A stretch of DNA of 64,000 bases from the NCBI GenBank assembly GCA_002269645.1, contig NIVC01000102.1:701950-765949 (forward strand), read 5' to 3'. This DNA is from Macrostomum lignano (lineage: Eukaryota). Numbering within the stretch: the first letter of the stretch is position 1; the number at the start of each line of letters is the position of its first letter. Shown piece after piece: positions 59,451 to 64,000 of this stretch. The position numbers were made by a program, and so were the translations under genes. The notes under the pieces were generated by a model. It was not told the DNA's origin. It made no database searches and saw only the letters and a program-made list of their open reading frames with translations.

Positions 59451-59541
59451 TTGTTTTTAGAGGGAATGTCTGTTTTTTTATGAAGGCTTTATTTTGCTGT
59501 CTATTTGTTATTTGTAAAGAACAAGGATTCTGTCCAGATGT

Positions 59542-59568
59542 CCCCCATCGGGGGGCGAAGATTGCTAG
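59542..59568 (+). mobile_element. Helitron-like 3' terminus (GC hairpin + CTAG); second copy at 62216-62242
   Basis: CCCCCATCGGGGGG, then 9 nt, then CTAG; the 62.2-kb copy has CCCCAACGGGGGGCGTAGATTGCTAG. Confidence 0.6.
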
Positions 59569-60194
59569 TCCAATATACTAAAAATGAAAATCTTGCTTGT
59601 TTGTTTGTACGCAATCGATTAGAGAAAAAATGGCTGGACCGATTTTCATGAGACTTGCACTGTTCGATCAGAAATTTTCCCGTGACAGTACATGCATCGT
59701 GGCTAAGAAATTGCTTGATGCTAAAGGCATTAAATATTCGAAAAACATGCTTTTTTGCAAACGTCAAGCAAACTTTTCGACTTGAAATGCATTGTAAGAA
59801 TGCTAGAGAAAAAATTGACTGGTTGATTCTGATTCTGAAATAGATTGCATCATAACTGAATTGTAACTCCAACTTGAATTGCGTCGCAGTATTGAAAATG
59901 CAGTGTGGAAGCGTAGCACCAGACGTGATTTAGATTGCGTAACCATATTCTCAACATTAATTGAGACTGATGCTGACTTGCCTGGGAAATTGATTATGTC
60001 ATAACTGCTTCGTGAGTGAGTGTTGAATTATATGAGTGCTACAATTTCAATTATAAATTCGATAAGATCTAGCCTAGATGTGAACAGACTGGACTGCTAA
60101 TGCAGCGACCTGGCTTCGAATCTTAGTAGCGAAAATTTTTTTATTAAAAGCTTTTATTCAAAAAATAATAAAGGACTAAAGGCGTAATGTAAAG

Positions 60195-61300
60195 AATCAT
60201 AGAATTGTCATGCAAAAAATCATAGAAGCGTCATGTAAACAATCCTAGAAGCGTCATGTAAACAGTCATAGAAGCGTCATGAAACAATCATAGAAGCGTT
60301 ATGTAAAATCATAGAATCGTCCTGCAAAAATCGTACCGGTAGAAGCGTCATGTAAAAATCATAGAAGCGTTATGTAAAAATCATAGAAGCGTCATGTAAA
60401 AATCATAGAAGCGTCATGTAAAAATCATAGAAGCGTCATGAAACATCATAGAAGCGTCATGTAAAAATCATAGAAGCGTCATGTAAACAATCCTAGAAGC
60501 GTCATGCAAACAATCATAGAAGCGTCATGTAAAAAATCATAGAAGCGTCATGTAAAAAATCATAGAAGCGTCATGTAAAAAATCATAGAAGCGTCATGTA
60601 AAAAATCATAAAAGCGTCATGTAAAAATCATAGTAGCGTCATGTAAAAATCATAGAAGCGTTATGTAAAAATGATAGAAGCGTCATATAAAAAATCATAG
60701 AAGCGTCATGTAAAAATCATAGAAGCGTTATGTAAAAATCATAGAAGCGTCATGTAAACAGTCATAGAAGCGTCATGAAACAATCATAGAAGCGTCATGA
60801 AACAATCATAGAAGCGTCATGTAAAAATCATAGAAGCGTCATGTAAACAATCATAGAAGCGTCATGTAAACAATCATAGAAGCGTCATGTAAACAATTAT
60901 AGAAGCGTCATGTAAACAATCATAGAAGCGTCATGTAAAAAATCATAGAAGCGTCATGTAAACAATCATAGAAGCGTCATGAAACAATCATAGAAGCGTC
61001 ATGTAAACAATCCTAGAAGCGTCATGTAAACAATCATAGAAGCGTCATGTAAAAAATCATAGAAGCGTCATGTAAAAAATCATAGAAGCGTCATGTAAAC
61101 AATTATAGAAGCGTCATGTAAAAAATCATAAAAGCGTCATGTAAAAATCATAGAAGCGTCATGAAACAATCATAGAAGCGTCATGTAAAAATCATAGAAG
61201 CGTCATGTAAAAAATCATAGAAGCGTCATATAAAAATCATAGAAGCCTCATTTAAAAACTAAAGAAAGTGTCATTTAAAAAATTAAGAAGCATCATGGTA
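60195..61300. repeat. 22-23-bp satellite (ATCATAGAAGCGTCATGTAAAA)n
   Basis: Seen directly. Confidence 0.96.
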
Positions 61301-63054
61301 GAATAAAAGAAGCGTCATATCAGACATGAAAGGTGTCATGTAAAAATTAAATGAAGCTATAGTGCTGTGCTAGGGAGAAAAACTGAGACGTCAAGGCTCA
61401 CAGAGAATAACTGAGATTTTGGGGGCGTTTCTGAGATGTCAAAGCAACAGTCAGAAGCTACTTCAAAGTTCATTTACTTTACTCAATTTTTTTATTACAT
61501 TCTTTGTTGGCTCGGCCACGGGGGGCGCTGATAGAAGAAGAGTCATGTAAAAAATAAAAGTAGCACTATGTATACATAAAAGAAAAGTCATGTCGAAGTT
61601 AAAAGATTCATTTGGGAATTGCTACGATGTCAAAGCTTGGAGGGAATCGTTATAGTGCTGTGATTCTTAAAGAAAGAATCACTAAAATGTCAAGGCTTAG
61701 GGGAGAAGAATTGCTGAGATTCAAGGCTTTAGGTTGGGTTAAAGTTAGGTTAGGTTAGGTGTGGGTTGAGGGTTATATTTTATCGGGTTTCAAGGTTAAC
61801 GGGGGATTTTTCAGATTTCTAGGTTTATGGAGGCCATCGCTGACATGTCAAGGCTTACGGGGGGAATAGCTGAGATGTCAAGGCTCACGGGGGTATAAAT
61901 GAGATTTCAAAGCTAAAGTCAGAAGCTACATGTAGTTTATTGAAAACTTTTTATTACATTATTTGATGCCTCCTCAGGGGAGGGATCGCTGATAAAAAAG
62001 CGTAATGTAAAAAATAAAAGAAGCTTCATGTCGAAGTTAAGAGATTCATTTGGGAATCCATTGCATTGCTGAGATGTCAAGGGGGGAGTTGATATGTTAA
62101 AGCTTGTGGGGGGGATTACTGACATGTCAAGGCTTACAAGGTTTGACAGGAGATTTTTTAAGATTTCAAGGATACATGTAGCTTATTAAAAAAACGTGTA
62201 TTGCATTTCTTTGGCTCCCCAACGGGGGGCGTAGATTGCTAGTCTCAATCTATAATTTTATCTCCTACCTACCTAATTATGTATGTTGTTAAAGCCAAGT
62301 TGTAATCAATTGTGTTCAATCTTACCCTCCTTACCTGTGTACGTTGCAAAAACCAATATTTAATCAATCGTTTTCAATCTCACTTTCTCAAATCGTTCTA
62401 ATAAAATCCTGACGATGCACCATGGCGTGCGAAACGCGTTGGAGTTATTAGAAATTGCAATCATATTCAAATGTTGATAATAAGCTTTCTAGAGATGAGA
62501 AGAGAGATGAAAGAAAAGAGGGATGAGGGAAGATACGAGAGAAGAGGGGAGAGAGGAGAGAGGGAAAAAGAGAATTGAGATGAGAGGAGAGACGAGGGAC
62601 GAGAGAGAAGAGAGGAAACAGAAGAGAAGATAGAAGTTTCAAAGGATCCAAGGGACGTAGGGAGAGTCAGGAAGAGGCCAGAGTTTGCCAATACATGTTT
62701 TAGAGTCAGACAGACATTGCCTGACATTCTGTGCAGCACCCCAACTAACAATATCAAATGTTTGCCTCAAATACTAATTTTACACGAATGTAATTCATTT
62801 TATGTTTACCTCTATCCTACTAACTATTAACAAGTTTTTGTTTGAGTATGGCCTCAGATTTCCGAATACATGCAAAAATAGTTCCGGGGATTGGAATTCC
62901 CCGGGTCCAAAATCCGCTGGTTTCAACAGCTTGTATATATGTCCCCGTCCCCGTCCCTCGTCCACGTCCAGAGCGACTAGCAAGCGGAGTTTCTGCGTGA
63001 CTTAGCTTAATACACACTGCTTTACTTTATTTCTCTCTGCTCGAAATCTGTCAG

Positions 63055-63638
63055 AACTCAAAGCAAGCATGGGCACTAGAGAGCCAAATTTACCCGAGAC
63101 TCTCGAGCGGCCTGAAGTTGTTGTTCTTGATGATCTAGAGAGTAACTTTCCCGAAATCGACAACGTGGTAAAGACAGACGGAGTTCTTTCAGTCGGTATA
63201 AACTTCGACAAATTTGAGGCGACAGTTCTGGAGAAACATAAAACTGACAGTTTTGAAACGGCCTACGATACTCGAGGTAATCCTAGAGGTCTCTGTCTCA
63301 TCATTAACAATAAAAGTTTTGCTGGTAAACTCAAAGACAGAATCGGAACGGATGTTGACCGTGATAATTTGAGCAATCTGTTCAGCAAACTTCTGTACAA
63401 AGTGGAGATTGTCAACAACCAAACTGCCGAGGGAATGAAGGAAGCATGCAGGCGCTTCATTCTCAATCCGGAGCACGAACAGTACACCTCATGCGTCTTG
63501 GCGGTTCTGTCGCACGGCACAAATGGCAAAATACTGGGCTCGGACAGCAAGCCTGTGGACGAGTACAAGGACATCCTTTCGCTGTTTAACAATCCAGATT
63601 GCAGGCTAGCCGGTAAACCGAAGTTTGTCATCATTCAG
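63055..63638 (+). CDS. Caspase exon (large subunit through GKPKFVIIQ); gene presumably continues beyond the window
   Basis: PRGLCLIINN, DRIGTDVD, CVLAVLSHG (catalytic His) and GKPKFVIIQ|GTAAAT donor just before the expected ACRG. Pyrimidine-rich acceptor TCAG at 63054; ATG at 63069. Confidence 0.9.
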
Positions 63639-64000
63639 GTAAATATACATGCAGGACAAACTGTACATTACTTTAAAACAGCCAAAGCCTCGATGCATTT
63701 CGCGGTTTTGAAACTTCAAGGCTTACCTCGCTGAATATAATTCCTAAGACACAGTACATCTCTATTCTTATATTAAACCCCAAAAGACTAACGCAGAATA
63801 AAAGCAAGTGGCACAAAAGACCGGCAGACGCGGCCCAGAAAGGGAAAACGAACCCCTTAAGCGACGAAATATATTGATTTTGTAATTTAAAAGAGAAAAA
63901 AAAATATTTTGCCAAAATTACGCCGACTCAGCGGCCGCGACGCGTGACTAAATAGCACAGAGCGGGGGGGAGGCTGCCCTAAGCCCTGCACGCACGCAGA

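Overview
Eukaryotic (metazoan) genomic DNA: spliceosomal introns, GC-rich exons, AT-rich and satellite-rich intergenic DNA. The style suggests an invertebrate such as a free-living flatworm, but that is only an inference. From left to right: the last two exons of NDUFA8 (+); a five-exon doublecortin-like kinase gene (-) with a 1-nt frame break and a GC-AG intron; a probable solo LTR; then about 50 kb built from roughly four tandem, decayed copies of a unit carrying an intronless secreted PAN/apple + C-type lectin gene (3 intact copies, 1 5'-truncated, 2 fragments) together with Helitron helicase remnants, LINE remnants and minisatellites; a 2-kb Harbinger deletion derivative; and, at the right end, a caspase exon (+). 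The standout feature is a very young 10.6-kb Ty3/Gypsy-type LTR element (44239-54815; 857/856-bp LTRs, ACAG target duplication). Its long ORF reads Gag(CCHC) - internal signal peptide - herpes-gB/class-III-like envelope ectodomain - TM - clustered ESCRT late-domain motifs (LYPSI, PTAP, PPTY) - protease - RT - RNase H - integrase. Env therefore lies in frame between gag and pol, and a separate ORF for a myristoylation-motif, tandem-RING protein occupies the usual env position. All homology calls are by-eye motif recognition; no searches were run. Two independent 1-nt frame breaks (DCLK, gag) could be assembly errors.
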